This document shows positions 28,184 through 37,995 of a stretch of 64,000 bases of DNA, one piece after another. How positions within the stretch are numbered: the stretch's first letter is position 1; the number at the start of each line of letters is the position of its first letter. A program made the position numbers and the translations under genes. Source of the stretch: an uncultured Candidatus Bathyarchaeia archaeon (GTDB taxonomy: Archaea > Thermoproteota > Bathyarchaeia > Bathyarchaeales > Bathycorpusculaceae); assembly GCA_964573785.1 (NCBI GenBank), contig CAZNKF010000002.1, forward strand, positions 35,142 through 99,141, written 5' to 3'. Under the pieces are notes generated by a model that did not search any database, was not told the DNA's origin, and saw nothing but the letters and a program-made list of their open reading frames with translations.

Positions 28184-29500
28184 CTAGCGGATTTTTATGT
28201 ATTTGTAGGCTTCTGTTGCATTTTCGAAACAGTAGTGCACTTTCTGGTAGTCTTTTCTGAACTCCGCCACGTCATCCGCAACTTTTTCTGGTGGTTCCTT
28301 GTCTATTACTACACGTTTTATGAATTCAGCTATTTCCACCATTTCTGATTCCTGCATTCCAAGCCTTGTAACCTCTGAAACCCCCAGTCTTATGCCGCCC
28401 GGATGCTGGAAGTGGCGTCCCTCCTTAATGTCCCATGGCAAAAGGTTCCTGTTAATTATTATGTTCGCCTTTTCCAAAGTCTTTTCTATAGTGCCTCCAT
28501 CACCATACTTTATTATGTCAATTAGGATTACGTGGGATTCTGTGAAACCCTTATGTTCGGCTAAAACATTAAAGCCCTTCTCATACAAGGCCTGGGCTAA
28601 AGCCTTCGCGTTCCTAACAACTTGGCGTGCATATTCCCTTCCAAACTCAAGCAGCTCGGCAGCCGCAATTGCCACGCCAGCCACTGCGTGCAAGTGGTGG
28701 TTGCTCACCATCCCCGGGAAAGTGGCACGCTTTATCTTTTCAGCGTATTTCTCCCACGACAAGACTCCGCCATGCTGAGGACCGAAAAACGTTTTATGAG
28801 TGCTTAGGCTTACAACGTCTGCTCCCTCGCGGAGCGGATCCTGGAAGCATTTTCCAGCAATTAGTCCAGCAACATGGGCAGCGTCGTAACCAACGGTTCC
28901 ACCTACCGCGCGTATCGTGTCTGCCAGTTCCTTCAATGGATGGGGGAATGGGAAGACGCTGGCTCCAAACATCACAAGCTTCGGCGGCTTTCCTTCAGCC
29001 GCAAGCTTCTCTATCCGCTGCTTAGCCTTGTCTATGTCAATGTTTAACTCCTTATAGTCTAGGGGCAAATATTCAACAACTAAGCCGTGAACCGCCCCCG
29101 CCGTGCCTCCAAGCTCCTTCTTGCCCATCGTTATGTGCCCACCGCATGGTATGGACAAGGCCATCATCACGTCGCCAGGCTCGGTAAAAGTCGTGTAAAC
29201 AACAAGGTTTGCCACAACCCCAGAGATAGGGCGTACATCAACAAACTCCGCGTCAAAAAGTCTCTTCATAAGTTCAATGCATTTGAACTCAACTTGGTCT
29301 ATGAAGCGGCATCCAGCATAAACCCTTTCTCCAGGCCAGCCTTCAGCGTATCGGTTTCCAAAATCTGTTGTTAGTGCTTCGCGCACCGCTGGGCTTGGTA
29401 TGTTTTCGCTTGCTATTAAGGGTATACATTCCCGAAACCACGCATGGTGCTTCTGCAGAACATCTAATATATGCTGATATTCTTCTCGTGGAGTTGGCAT
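28184..29500 (-). CDS. glyA: serine hydroxymethyltransferase
   Basis: 438 aa. LIASENIPSPAV, SLSTHKTFFGPQHG (PLP lysine), NRYAEGWPG. Confidence 0.95.
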   Translation of the reverse strand: MPTPREEYQHILDVLQKHHAWFRECIPLIASENIPSPAVREALTTDFGNRYAEGWPGERVYAGCRFIDQVEFKCIELMKRLFDAEFVDVRPISGVVANLVVYTTFTEPGDVMMALSIPCGGHITMGKKELGGTAGAVHGLVVEYLPLDYKELNIDIDKAKQRIEKLAAEGKPPKLVMFGASVFPFPHPLKELADTIRAVGGTVGYDAAHVAGLIAGKCFQDPLREGADVVSLSTHKTFFGPQHGGVLSWEKYAEKIKRATFPGMVSNHHLHAVAGVAIAAAELLEFGREYARQVVRNAKALAQALYEKGFNVLAEHKGFTESHVILIDIIKYGDGGTIEKTLEKANIIINRNLLPWDIKEGRHFQHPGGIRLGVSEVTRLGMQESEMVEIAEFIKRVVIDKEPPEKVADDVAEFRKDYQKVHYCFENATEAYKYIKIR

Positions 29501-29622
29501 TAATACACCTCGCTCGCATTATCGTCCTTACCGAAATAAAACTGTTTTGAGCAGCAACGCAAGGTTAATAATGGAGAAGCCTGCATGTTAAAATGCAAAG
29601 CCTAGTAGGAGATGACTAGCCG

Positions 29623-29793
29623 ATGAGCAAGAAAAAGAAGAGAAGCGAGTCAGCACCAATGCCAGCCGCAAGCGCCGGATTATTGAGATTTTTTGAAGAG
29701 GAAACAGAAGGCGTAAAAGTAAGGCCAGAAATTCTAATAGCCGCAGCCATAGCCCTAATAGTGGTATGCATTCTGGCGCGTCTATTTTTCTAA
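29623..29793 (+). CDS. secG: preprotein translocase subunit Sec61beta (SecG)
   Basis: A 56-aa ORF that is not in the supplied track: MSKKKKRSESAPMPAASAGLLRFFEEETEGVKVRPEILIAAAIALIVVCILARLFF. A basic N-terminus, the SAGLLRFF(E/D)E motif and a single C-terminal TM helix. Confidence 0.8.
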   Translation: MSKKKKRSESAPMPAASAGLLRFFEEETEGVKVRPEILIAAAIALIVVCILARLFF

Positions 29794-30047
29794 GCTTGAC
29801 GACGAGAAGCCGCGTGTAAAATCTCTATTCTCTGAACTGAATTTAAGTGAATGAATATTTCGCTGCGTTCCTCTCTGCTTGCAACTTGCGGAATAGGCTG
29901 AGCAATTGTTGCACGTAAAACTATGGCTTCAGCGTTTGAAAGCCATATTCCAGCGGGTTCGCGGGTTACAGCCGCTAGAACCCCTTCAAATCCATAGGAG
30001 GGGTCAAGAATAACGCGGATGCTTTTTCCAAGGTTTTTCTCGAGCAT
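29790..30047 (-). CDS. Sm-like (LSm fold) domain protein, tentative
   Basis: 85 aa from the ATG at 30047. LEKNLGKSIRVILDPSYGFEGVLAAVTREPAGIWLSNAEAIV resembles the Sm1/Sm2 pattern. The ORF is open to 30083. Confidence 0.35.
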   Translation of the reverse strand: MLEKNLGKSIRVILDPSYGFEGVLAAVTREPAGIWLSNAEAIVLRATIAQPIPQVASREERSEIFIHLNSVQRIEILHAASRRQA

Positions 30048-30216
30048 GTGGAATATTGTTGGGGGTAGAGTTTGCTCCGGCATAGCACCAGCAAAGACTT
30101 ATAAGTGGTGTTTCAAGGATAAAACACTTGCCCTTCCAGCAACGTTAAGTGCAACTATGAGGATGCCTCTTTTCAAAACGCTCCATCCTCTATGCGTATG
30201 TATGCAACACTTTAAT

Positions 30217-32076
30217 ATGCCTTACACTCTTCAGAAACTCTTTGAGCGGGTGCGTGTGGCTAACACTGACTCCTTTAACCAGTATTTAGATAAGGCGGTT
30301 AAGCATTATTCTTCGCTTTTCAAACTTCCATCTTATAGGAGAATAGTCCTACTTCTATCCGCAGTTTGTGTTGCCAGTGGTCTTTTATCAACTTTCGTTT
30401 TCTCCTTCTCGCCTCTTGGGTTAGTTTATGGATTAATTTTGGGTTTTGCATTACTTTTCATGACACTATGCACGAACTATTTGTTGGCGCTGTTTGTGTT
30501 AAAAGGTGACCCAATTTACGACTTGAGAAGAACAGCTGCTCTTTCCCTGTTCTGTTGGGCTTTATGGCTTTTTTTCATTTTTATAGGCTATGCGGTGGCT
30601 TCTTTCACGGTCTTCCCTTTTTGGACGGTTAAGCTTTGTCTTCTAGGGTTTTCTACAGTTTTGATATTTCGAATAATCGTCCTATACTCAACATCCTCCA
30701 TGAATTGTCAACGCTTTTTGTTTGCCTCCATTCTTCCGCCTTTTCTATGGCTAATTCCATTTGTGTTTTTGTGGTGGCTGAATAGCGTCAACGCTACGGC
30801 GGTTTTAGGCTTTTCAGTCATTGCGTTAGCCGTCGCTTTTGGCTCAAGCTTTTCCTTCATCTTCATTCTGAATTCTATTGGAAAACGCTTCACTGGCGAG
30901 CAGTCTATCCCAATTTTTAGGGCTTTCCTACTAAACTGGGTTGCAGACCTAAATGCTCCCTTTGAGGCTTTCCTTGAAAAATTAAGCGAGGAGCACGATG
31001 TTGAAGTTTCAATAATACGGTTTGACAGTTCAAGACCTAAAACATTAATAGCTGTCCCATCGGTGCATCCTGGACCCTTCAAGAATGTGGGAAGCAGCCT
31101 TTTGCCTTCCATGCTTAAAACAGCCTTGGAGCAAAAATTCGGCGGCGTCGCATGTGTACCACTGGGGTTACTTGGGCATGAACTTGATGTGGCTTCCCAA
31201 AGCCAAGTTCAGAAAATAATTGCCGGCGCTGTTGAATCAGCAGACTTTAGGGCGAAAGAGGCTAAGGCAACCCCTTTCATTAAAGTTAACGATGGCTTGG
31301 CTACCGCTTGTTGCCAAATTTTCGGGAAAACCGCCTTTATCGCATTTTCTCTTGCTCCAAAAACCACGGAGGATATTCCCAAAGAATTAGGCGACGTTAT
31401 CCGTAGAGAGGCTGAAAAACTAGGCATGGAGTCTTGCATTGCCATCAATGCACACAATAGCATAAACGGCGTTGTAGATGTGCAGGCAGCATTAAACGCT
31501 CTGAAGAATGTTGCAGTTGCTTGCCTAAAAGAAGCAATCTCTGCGCGCTCAACCTCATTTAGGGTAGGTGCTACCACTGTTATGCCGAAAGAGTTCAGTC
31601 TCAGAGATGGTATGGGGCCGGGCGGCATAACTGTGGTGGCTGTTGAAGTTGATGCTCGGAAGACCGCCTATGTCGTTGTTGATGGAAATAACATGGTTTC
31701 CGGTTTAAGGGAAAAAATTTTGGACACGCTTAAGCCTCTAGGTTTTGTTGATGGTGAAGTTTTCACTACGGACACGCACGCTGTTAATGCTGTGACGTTT
31801 AACGAACGCGGATACCACCCTGTAGGCGAGGTCATGGATCATGAGAAGCTTGTAAGCTGTATAGTTGAGGCTGCGGAGAATGCGTTAGCCAACATGGAAC
31901 CAGCTAGGTTTGGATATAAAAGCACACTGATTCGGAACGTGAAAGTTATTGGGCAGAAACCGTTGGAGAAGTTGTGTGCACTCACGGACAAGGTTATTCA
32001 AGCTGCAAAGAGAATAGTTGTTCCCTTGTTTAGCGTGACGTTTCTTGTTTTAATGTTGATTTTGTTTTATGTTTAG
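30217..32076 (+). CDS. polytopic membrane protein with large C-terminal soluble domain (DUF2070-like)
   Basis: About 619 aa from the ATG at 30217 (upstream ATGs exist at 30157-30202). Roughly 6-7 N-terminal TM helices, a soluble domain, then a final TM helix (VVPLFSVTFLVLMLILFYV). Confidence 0.5.
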   Translation: MPYTLQKLFERVRVANTDSFNQYLDKAVKHYSSLFKLPSYRRIVLLLSAVCVASGLLSTFVFSFSPLGLVYGLILGFALLFMTLCTNYLLALFVLKGDPIYDLRRTAALSLFCWALWLFFIFIGYAVASFTVFPFWTVKLCLLGFSTVLIFRIIVLYSTSSMNCQRFLFASILPPFLWLIPFVFLWWLNSVNATAVLGFSVIALAVAFGSSFSFIFILNSIGKRFTGEQSIPIFRAFLLNWVADLNAPFEAFLEKLSEEHDVEVSIIRFDSSRPKTLIAVPSVHPGPFKNVGSSLLPSMLKTALEQKFGGVACVPLGLLGHELDVASQSQVQKIIAGAVESADFRAKEAKATPFIKVNDGLATACCQIFGKTAFIAFSLAPKTTEDIPKELGDVIRREAEKLGMESCIAINAHNSINGVVDVQAALNALKNVAVACLKEAISARSTSFRVGATTVMPKEFSLRDGMGPGGITVVAVEVDARKTAYVVVDGNNMVSGLREKILDTLKPLGFVDGEVFTTDTHAVNAVTFNERGYHPVGEVMDHEKLVSCIVEAAENALANMEPARFGYKSTLIRNVKVIGQKPLEKLCALTDKVIQAAKRIVVPLFSVTFLVLMLILFYV

Positions 32077-32132
32077 CTAAACACTAATAAGGGGAGAAAC
32101 ATCACTTTCCAATTCTCAGAAGGGTTGAAGGT

Positions 32133-32687
32133 TTGCTTAGGGAAATTAGGATACATGGGAGAGGCGGGCAAGGCGCCGTCACTGCTGCACAACTGTTAGC
32201 TCATGCCGCTTATATTGAGGGCAAGCATGTTCAAGCATTCCCATATTTCGGGGCTGAACGCAGAGGCGCCCCAGTTAAAGCCTTCGTTAGAGTAAGTGAC
32301 ACTCCTATTCTACTTCACAGCCAAGTTTACAACCCAGATTACGTGGTGGTTCTAGACCCACAGCTCTCCAAAATAATAGATGTTACTGAAGGCCTCAAAA
32401 AAGATGGAATAATAGTTGTAAACACGACTAAAAAGCCAGAAGAGCTTGGTTTTAAGGGCTGGAGAGTTGCCACTGTTGATGCAACGGGCATTGCCATTGA
32501 ACTAAACCTTCGGGTGGCAGGCTTACCGGTTGTGAACACCTCAATTTTGGGAGCTTTCGCTGGTGCCACAGGCGAGGTTCGTTTGGAAAGCGTCTTGAAA
32601 GCCATAAAGGAGAATTGGCGAGGTAGTGCTGGGGAAAAGAATGCCCGTGCCGCTGAGCTTGCCTACGAACGCCTAATTAAAGGGTGA
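32133..32687 (+). CDS. porG: 2-oxoacid (pyruvate):ferredoxin oxidoreductase gamma subunit
   Basis: 184 aa, TTG start. [19 protein letters not shown], and it sits in gamma-delta-alpha-beta operon order. Confidence 0.85.
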   Translation: MLREIRIHGRGGQGAVTAAQLLAHAAYIEGKHVQAFPYFGAERRGAPVKAFVRVSDTPILLHSQVYNPDYVVVLDPQLSKIIDVTEGLKKDGIIVVNTTKKPEELGFKGWRVATVDATGIAIELNLRVAGLPVVNTSILGAFAGATGEVRLESVLKAIKENWRGSAGEKNARAAELAYERLIKG

Positions 32688-32694
32688 TGAAAGG

Positions 32695-32976
32695 ATGGCT
32701 GTTCATAAATCGCGTAGGGATATGCCCCTCACTCCCATATCTTATCCAACATTGGGAAGTATGGAAAAGACCGGTTCTTGGAGAACCTTCCGTCCAGTAA
32801 TAGACTATTCAAAGTGCACAAAATGCACGCTCTGCTGGGTTTACTGTCCAGACGCGGCCATAACAAGACGTGAGGATGACTCTCCAGAAATTGACTACGA
32901 CTATTGTAAGGGGTGCGGCATATGTGCAAACGAGTGTCCGGTTAAGGCGATAACCATGCAGAGGGAGGAAGAGTAA
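32695..32976 (+). CDS. porD: 2-oxoacid:ferredoxin oxidoreductase delta subunit (2x[4Fe-4S])
   Basis: 93 aa. CTKCTLCWVYCPD and CKGCGICANECP. Confidence 0.85.
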   Translation: MAVHKSRRDMPLTPISYPTLGSMEKTGSWRTFRPVIDYSKCTKCTLCWVYCPDAAITRREDDSPEIDYDYCKGCGICANECPVKAITMQREEE

Positions 32977-34154
32977 TGGCGCAAATAGTAATCGACACGG
33001 CAAATCATATCGCCGGCTACGCTGCTAAGGCTGCAAGGGTTAAAGTGGTGGCTGCATACCCCATAACCCCACAAACAACCATTGTGGAGAAAATTGCCGA
33101 GTTTGTTGAAAGCGGCGAGATGGATGCCGAATACATTCGTGTAGAATCCGAGCACAGTGCTATGGCCGCTTGCATAGGTGCCGCAGCAGCCGGCGTCAGA
33201 ACCTTTACCGCAACCTCAGCCCATGGTTTGGCTTTAATGCATGAGGCTTTGCACTGGGCTTCTGGCGCCCGCCTACCAATAGTTATGGCTGTTGTTAATC
33301 GTGCCATGGGCGCACCTTGGAGCATATGGCCAGACTTTAGTGATTCACTTTCGCAGAGGGACACTGGGTGGATTCAGTTTTACTGTGCTGACAACCAAGA
33401 GGTTTTTGATACTATTATACAAGCCTATAGACTATGTGAGGATGAGCGGGTTTTTCTGCCAGCTATGATCTGCCTAGAAGGCTTTATTCTATCCCACACA
33501 TATATGCCTGTAAAAATTTATGATCAAGAGGAGATTGATGCCTTTCTGCCTCCGTATAAGGCTGGATGGATTTTAGACGTGAACAACCCGTTTTCCCACG
33601 CCAACCTTGTCTCACCAGAGTGGTACATGGAATTCCGCTACATGATACAGGAGGCTATGGAAAACGCCAAGCGGCTAATACCAGAAATCGACAGGGAGTA
33701 TGGTCGGCGTTTTGGCCTCCAATATGGCGGCCTCATCGACAAATACCGATGCGAGGATGCGGACTTGATTATCTGTACGATGGGAACGATGGGGTGTGAA
33801 GCCAAAATAGCTGTTGACAATCTGCGGAGAGAAGGCTTGAAGGTTGGTGCTGCGAGGATTAGGGTTTATCGTCCATTCCCCGTGGAAGAGGTGAGGAAAC
33901 TTGCCAAAAATGCGAGTGCCATCGCCACAATAGACCGCCACATATCCTTCGGAATGGAGGGCTTCCTCGCATCAGAGATTAAGGCTTCACTTTACCATAT
34001 GGAGGACAAGCCACTGCTGGCTGGCTTCATAGCTGGCTTAGGCGGGCGAGACGTGACGTTCAAAACTATCGAGGGGATTGCCAAAAAATCGTTGAAATGG
34101 ATGGAAATGGGGAGGGTTGAAAAAGAAACTGTGTGGGTTGATTTGAGGGAGTGA
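32976..34154 (+). CDS. porA: 2-oxoacid:ferredoxin oxidoreductase alpha subunit
   Basis: 392 aa. VAAYPITPQTTIVE and ESEHSAMAACIGAAAAGVRTFTATS. TAATG overlap with porD. Confidence 0.9.
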   Translation: MAQIVIDTANHIAGYAAKAARVKVVAAYPITPQTTIVEKIAEFVESGEMDAEYIRVESEHSAMAACIGAAAAGVRTFTATSAHGLALMHEALHWASGARLPIVMAVVNRAMGAPWSIWPDFSDSLSQRDTGWIQFYCADNQEVFDTIIQAYRLCEDERVFLPAMICLEGFILSHTYMPVKIYDQEEIDAFLPPYKAGWILDVNNPFSHANLVSPEWYMEFRYMIQEAMENAKRLIPEIDREYGRRFGLQYGGLIDKYRCEDADLIICTMGTMGCEAKIAVDNLRREGLKVGAARIRVYRPFPVEEVRKLAKNASAIATIDRHISFGMEGFLASEIKASLYHMEDKPLLAGFIAGLGGRDVTFKTIEGIAKKSLKWMEMGRVEKETVWVDLRE

Positions 34155-35062
34155 AAATTATGGTCACAATTAAAGAGTTTCCGAAAGAGGAATATCTGCT
34201 TAAAGGGCATGCTGCTTGTGCTGGATGCGGTCCGTCAATAGCCCTTCGCCTCCTCTTCAAAGCCCTTGGAAATAAGGTCATCATGGTTGTGCCGGCATGT
34301 TGCACCACGGTTATTCAGGGACCATATCCGTACACCTCTTTTGCTGTCCCCCTTCAGAACATGCTTTTTGAGGCAACTGGCGCAACGTGTTCTGGAATAG
34401 TGGCAGCCCTAAAAATTCGAGGTTTAGAGGACATAACAGTGGTGGGGTGGGCTGGCGATGGAGGCACGGTGGACATAGGCATACAAGCCCTATCTGGCGC
34501 CGCTGAACGGGAAACCAACTTCATTTACATATGCTACGATAATGAGGCTTATGGGAATACGGGACTTCAACGCAGTGGTGCCACGCCCTATGGTGCTTGG
34601 ACAACCACAACGCCTACAGGTAAGAAGGAGCGGAAGAAAAACATGCCCCTAATAATGGCGGCGCATAAAATACCCTATGTTGCCACTGCATGCCCCTCAT
34701 ATCCGGTGGACTTTGTTAACAAGTTGAGGAAAGCCAAGGAGATTAAGGGAACCAAGTACATTCATGTTTTGGCTCCTTGTCCAACTGGTTGGCGCTACGA
34801 CACCAGCAAAACTGTGGAGATTGGGCGGCTTGCAGTTCAATCTGGCGTATGGGCTCTTTTCGAAATTGAAAATGGAAGGTTTAGACTCAATCCGCCAAGT
34901 GACCGCCTAATTGACAGGTCGAAACGAAAGCCCGTGAAGGAGTATTTGGCTATGCAGGATAGGTTCCGCCATTTGACTGAGACTGACGTTGAAAAGATTC
35001 AAAGATGGATTAACGAAGACTGGGAATACTACCGAAAATTAGCCTCAAATGAGTGTGTCTGA
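34151..35062 (+). CDS. porB: 2-oxoacid:ferredoxin oxidoreductase beta subunit (TPP-binding)
   Basis: 303 aa. GHAACAGCG and GWAGDGGTVDIGIQAL (TPP motif). Overlaps the porA stop codon. Confidence 0.9.
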   Translation: MKIMVTIKEFPKEEYLLKGHAACAGCGPSIALRLLFKALGNKVIMVVPACCTTVIQGPYPYTSFAVPLQNMLFEATGATCSGIVAALKIRGLEDITVVGWAGDGGTVDIGIQALSGAAERETNFIYICYDNEAYGNTGLQRSGATPYGAWTTTTPTGKKERKKNMPLIMAAHKIPYVATACPSYPVDFVNKLRKAKEIKGTKYIHVLAPCPTGWRYDTSKTVEIGRLAVQSGVWALFEIENGRFRLNPPSDRLIDRSKRKPVKEYLAMQDRFRHLTETDVEKIQRWINEDWEYYRKLASNECV

Positions 35063-35077
35063 TTTAACCGCGCACGG

Positions 35078-35088
35078 AAAAATATAAG
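35078..35088 (+). promoter_or_regulatory. TATA-like box upstream of albA
   Basis: aaaaatataag lies about 75 nt upstream of the ATG at 35159. A GGAGGT Shine-Dalgarno motif lies 6-8 nt before the ATG. Confidence 0.4.
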
Positions 35089-35158
35089 AACTCCAACATA
35101 ATAATCATACCATTACCGCCTGCCACCATAGAGTTTAGATGTCAAAAGGAGGTTGAAT

Positions 35159-35491
35159 ATGTCAGAGGAAAAGCCTAGGAAGGCTGCAAAAGAGGAAAAA
35201 GCTGCAAAACCAGCACAAGCAAACGAGAATACGGTGCTAATCGGCAAGAAACCAATAATGAACTACGTGGTCGCCTGCCTAACCTTCTTCAATTCCGGCG
35301 CCCAAAAAATTGTTGTGAAGGCTAGAGGGCGGGCGATCAGCAGAGCAGTCGACACTGTTGAGTTGTTAAGAAGAGCTTTCATGAAAGACCTGCAGCTGAA
35401 AGAGATCAAAATAGGTACAGAGGAAGTCACCCGCAGCGAGGGACAGAAAACCAACGTTTCAACCATCGAGATAACAGTTGCAAAGCCATAA
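35159..35491 (+). CDS. albA: Alba DNA/RNA-binding chromatin protein with Lys/Ala-rich N-terminal extension
   Basis: 110 aa. VLIGKKPIMNYVVACLTFFNSGAQKIVVKARGRAISRAVDTVELLRRAF is the canonical Alba core. It is preceded by MSEEKPRKAAKEEKAAKPAQANEN. Confidence 0.9.
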   Translation: MSEEKPRKAAKEEKAAKPAQANENTVLIGKKPIMNYVVACLTFFNSGAQKIVVKARGRAISRAVDTVELLRRAFMKDLQLKEIKIGTEEVTRSEGQKTNVSTIEITVAKP

Positions 35492-35639
35492 AAGGCTTGT
35501 AACCAGCCAATTCCAGCCGAAAAGCGCAATTGCCTAAAACTGACTATTTTGTACTATGGATGATGTTTTCTCTAGCAAATTTACAGATAGCTATATATAA
35601 TTTATTTTGGCTAAATGGTTAATCCCTCTGGTGAGGCAT

Positions 35640-36977
35640 ATGGCTGGTTATCCAAAAATTGTTGTAACTCCGCCGGGACCTAAAGCGAGAGAGCTTGTGA
35701 AAAAAGATGAGAGGTTCATTTCGCCTTCTTATGTGCGTTTCTATCCCCTTGTTGTTGAGTCTGGCAAGGGCTGCATTATCCGGGATGTCGACGGAAACGA
35801 ATACATAGACTTTAACTCTGGGCTGGCATGCTTAAACGTTGGGCACAGCCATCCAAAAGTTATTGACGCCATCAAAAGACAGTGTGACCGTTTTCTCCAC
35901 TACTCAAACACAGACTTCTATTATAATGAGGTCATCACACTTGCTGAGAAACTTGCAGAAATTACGCCCGGAAACTTTGAGAAAAAGGTTTACTTTGGCA
36001 ACAGCGGAACAGAAGCTGTTGAAGCGTCTATTAAGTTGGCTAAGTGGCATACGCGGAAACAGCTCTTTATAGGTTTCATTAACGCCTTTCACGGGCGGAC
36101 AATAGGCTCTCTGTCTTTGACGGCGAGCAAGCCAGCTCAAAGGCGTTACTTCTTCCCCTTAATGCCGGGCGTGAACCATGTTCCATACCCGTACTGTTAC
36201 CGTTGCCCCTTTAAGCAGACTTACCCTGACTGCCACTACTGGTGTGTAGACTTCATAGACGAGTTTGTTCTGCAAAAGTATGCGCCGCCGGAGGATGTTG
36301 CCGCAATTGTTTTTGAGCCAATTCAGGGTGAAGGCGGGTACGTTGTTCCACCACCCGAATATTTCCAACGTTTAAAGAAGCTTGCCGACAAATACGGCAT
36401 CTTGCTGATTGACGATGAGGTTCAATCTGGAATTGGGAGAACTGGAAAATGGTTCGCTATTGAACACTGGAATGTTGAACCAGACATAATGTGCAGTGCC
36501 AAGGCTTTGGCTTCTGGACTCCCCTTAGGCGCAACTATTGCAAAGGCTAAAATAATGGACTGGGTTGGCGGTTCCCACGCAAGCACTTTCGGTGGAAACC
36601 CGCTTTCATGCGTTGCAGCAATAGCCGTTATAGACGTCATTAAAGAGGAACGGCTGCTGGAGAACGCCACTAAGCAGGGAACCTACATCCTTAAAAGACT
36701 TGAGGAGCTGAGGGAGAAAAGCGAAATAGTTGGGGATGTCAGAGGCAAGGGCTTAATGATTGGCATTGAATTTGTGGAAGACAAAGACAGCAAGAAGCCA
36801 GCACCACAAAAGGTGAATGAAATTATGATGCGGTCATGGAAACGAGGAGTAGCCGTCATCACGTGTGGAATCTCAACATTGAGGATTATGCCGTCTCTCA
36901 ACATCACAAGGGAGCTTGTAGACGCCGGACTGGAAATAATCGAGGACGTTGTAAAGGAAGTTGAGAAGGAGAAATAG
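35640..36977 (+). CDS. class III aminotransferase (4-aminobutyrate/acetylornithine aminotransferase family)
   Basis: 445 aa from the ATG at 35640, with ggtgagg upstream. FGNSGTEAVEASIKLA, LLIDDEVQSGIGRTGKWFA, and SAKALASG carrying the PLP lysine. Confidence 0.85.
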   Translation: MAGYPKIVVTPPGPKARELVKKDERFISPSYVRFYPLVVESGKGCIIRDVDGNEYIDFNSGLACLNVGHSHPKVIDAIKRQCDRFLHYSNTDFYYNEVITLAEKLAEITPGNFEKKVYFGNSGTEAVEASIKLAKWHTRKQLFIGFINAFHGRTIGSLSLTASKPAQRRYFFPLMPGVNHVPYPYCYRCPFKQTYPDCHYWCVDFIDEFVLQKYAPPEDVAAIVFEPIQGEGGYVVPPPEYFQRLKKLADKYGILLIDDEVQSGIGRTGKWFAIEHWNVEPDIMCSAKALASGLPLGATIAKAKIMDWVGGSHASTFGGNPLSCVAAIAVIDVIKEERLLENATKQGTYILKRLEELREKSEIVGDVRGKGLMIGIEFVEDKDSKKPAPQKVNEIMMRSWKRGVAVITCGISTLRIMPSLNITRELVDAGLEIIEDVVKEVEKEK

Positions 36978-36993
36978 AGGCTAAAAGCGGTTT

Positions 36994-37423
36994 ATGGAGA
37001 TTCGAAAACTAACAATAGACTACTACGGAGAACTTGTTAACCTTTGGCGTAGGGCAGGATTACCCTTCAAGCCGAAGGGCAGAGACAGCAAAGAAGCCAT
37101 AGCAAGGCAAATGAGTGTAAACCCAGAATTTTTCTTGGGGGCATTCAAAAAGGGACGATTGGTAGGCGCAGTTTATCATTAGTTCCAACGGGCGAAAGGG
37201 CTGGGTAAATCGATTGGCTGTAGATCCGGATTTTAGGCGACGCGGCATCGCAAGCGCTTTGGTTGCAGAGGCTGAAAGAGTGCTTAGAAATCAAGGGGTC
37301 CGAATTTTTTGCGCATTGATTGAGGATGAGAATGAGGCTTCTAAAAAGCTTTTCAAAGTATGCGGATATGTGGAGCATCGCGACATAATCTACTTTAGTA
37401 AACGCGAATCCGACGATGTCTAG
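36994..37423 (+). pseudogene. GNAT family N-acetyltransferase interrupted by a frameshift
   Basis: Frame 1 (36994-37182) ends in GRLVGAVYH*. Frame 2 is open from 37166 and reads ...FIISSNGRKGWVNRLAVDPDFRRRGIASALV (acetyl-CoA motif R-R-R-G-I-A). The two frames join with a 1-nt shift near 37170. Confidence 0.7.
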
Positions 37424-37995
37424 AAACTAAACGGCTTTGCTATAACCTCCAGTATTTTTAAGTCGAAGAATCTTGCACTGTTAGCTGGTTTTATGCGTAA
37501 CGCCGTGTCAGCGCCTCTGCCAGTTCCAGCTATGGCTATGACATCTCTGTCCACCGGGATTAGTCCAGCATCAGCAGCCATGAGAACAATTTCCACACAT
37601 ACCTTTGTACCTTCACCCATAAGCCTAAGAACATTCGCGATAAGCTCAAGGGGCTGGAGGGTTCCAAAATCCTTACGTATAGCCCGCTCAACACTGCTGA
37701 AGGCATGTGTCCCCGTGAAAATTTTGCCGCCATTGTTCAAGATTTCTTGTTTAAACTCCTCTTTAAGTTCAGTTTCTCCGGGCTTCTGGAAGCCAACATG
37801 ATGGGTTACAACGACAATATTAAAGCCCTTAAACATTTTTGTTGCTTTAGCTCCTGTTTCCCCAGTTGTCGACGCAACAACTATATCTTTTATGCCTTCC
37901 TTTTCAGCGTATTCCTTAACAATCTTTAACAGCGTGTCTGTGTTCGCTCTTCCAGCACTTTTGAAGTATGTAACTTTTCTTTCAAAATAGCTCAT
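37420..37995 (-). CDS. pyruvate kinase C-terminal (alpha/beta) domain-like protein
   Basis: 191 aa. The VVASTTGETGAKA ... IAIAGTGRGADTAL pattern is as in stand-alone PK_C-like archaeal proteins. Confidence 0.5.
   Translation of the reverse strand: MSYFERKVTYFKSAGRANTDTLLKIVKEYAEKEGIKDIVVASTTGETGAKATKMFKGFNIVVVTHHVGFQKPGETELKEEFKQEILNNGGKIFTGTHAFSSVERAIRKDFGTLQPLELIANVLRLMGEGTKVCVEIVLMAADAGLIPVDRDVIAIAGTGRGADTALRIKPANSARFFDLKILEVIAKPFSF

Noticed and set aside
28299-29025. Plus-strand ORFs of 132-159 aa antisense to glyA
   Set aside because: These are shadow ORFs. glyA has unmistakable SHMT motifs on the minus strand.
35545-35600. Possible C/D box sRNA (AUGAUGU at about 35549) upstream of the class III aminotransferase
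   Set aside because: There is no downstream CUGA at guide distance, no C'/D' pair and no terminal stem, on either strand.
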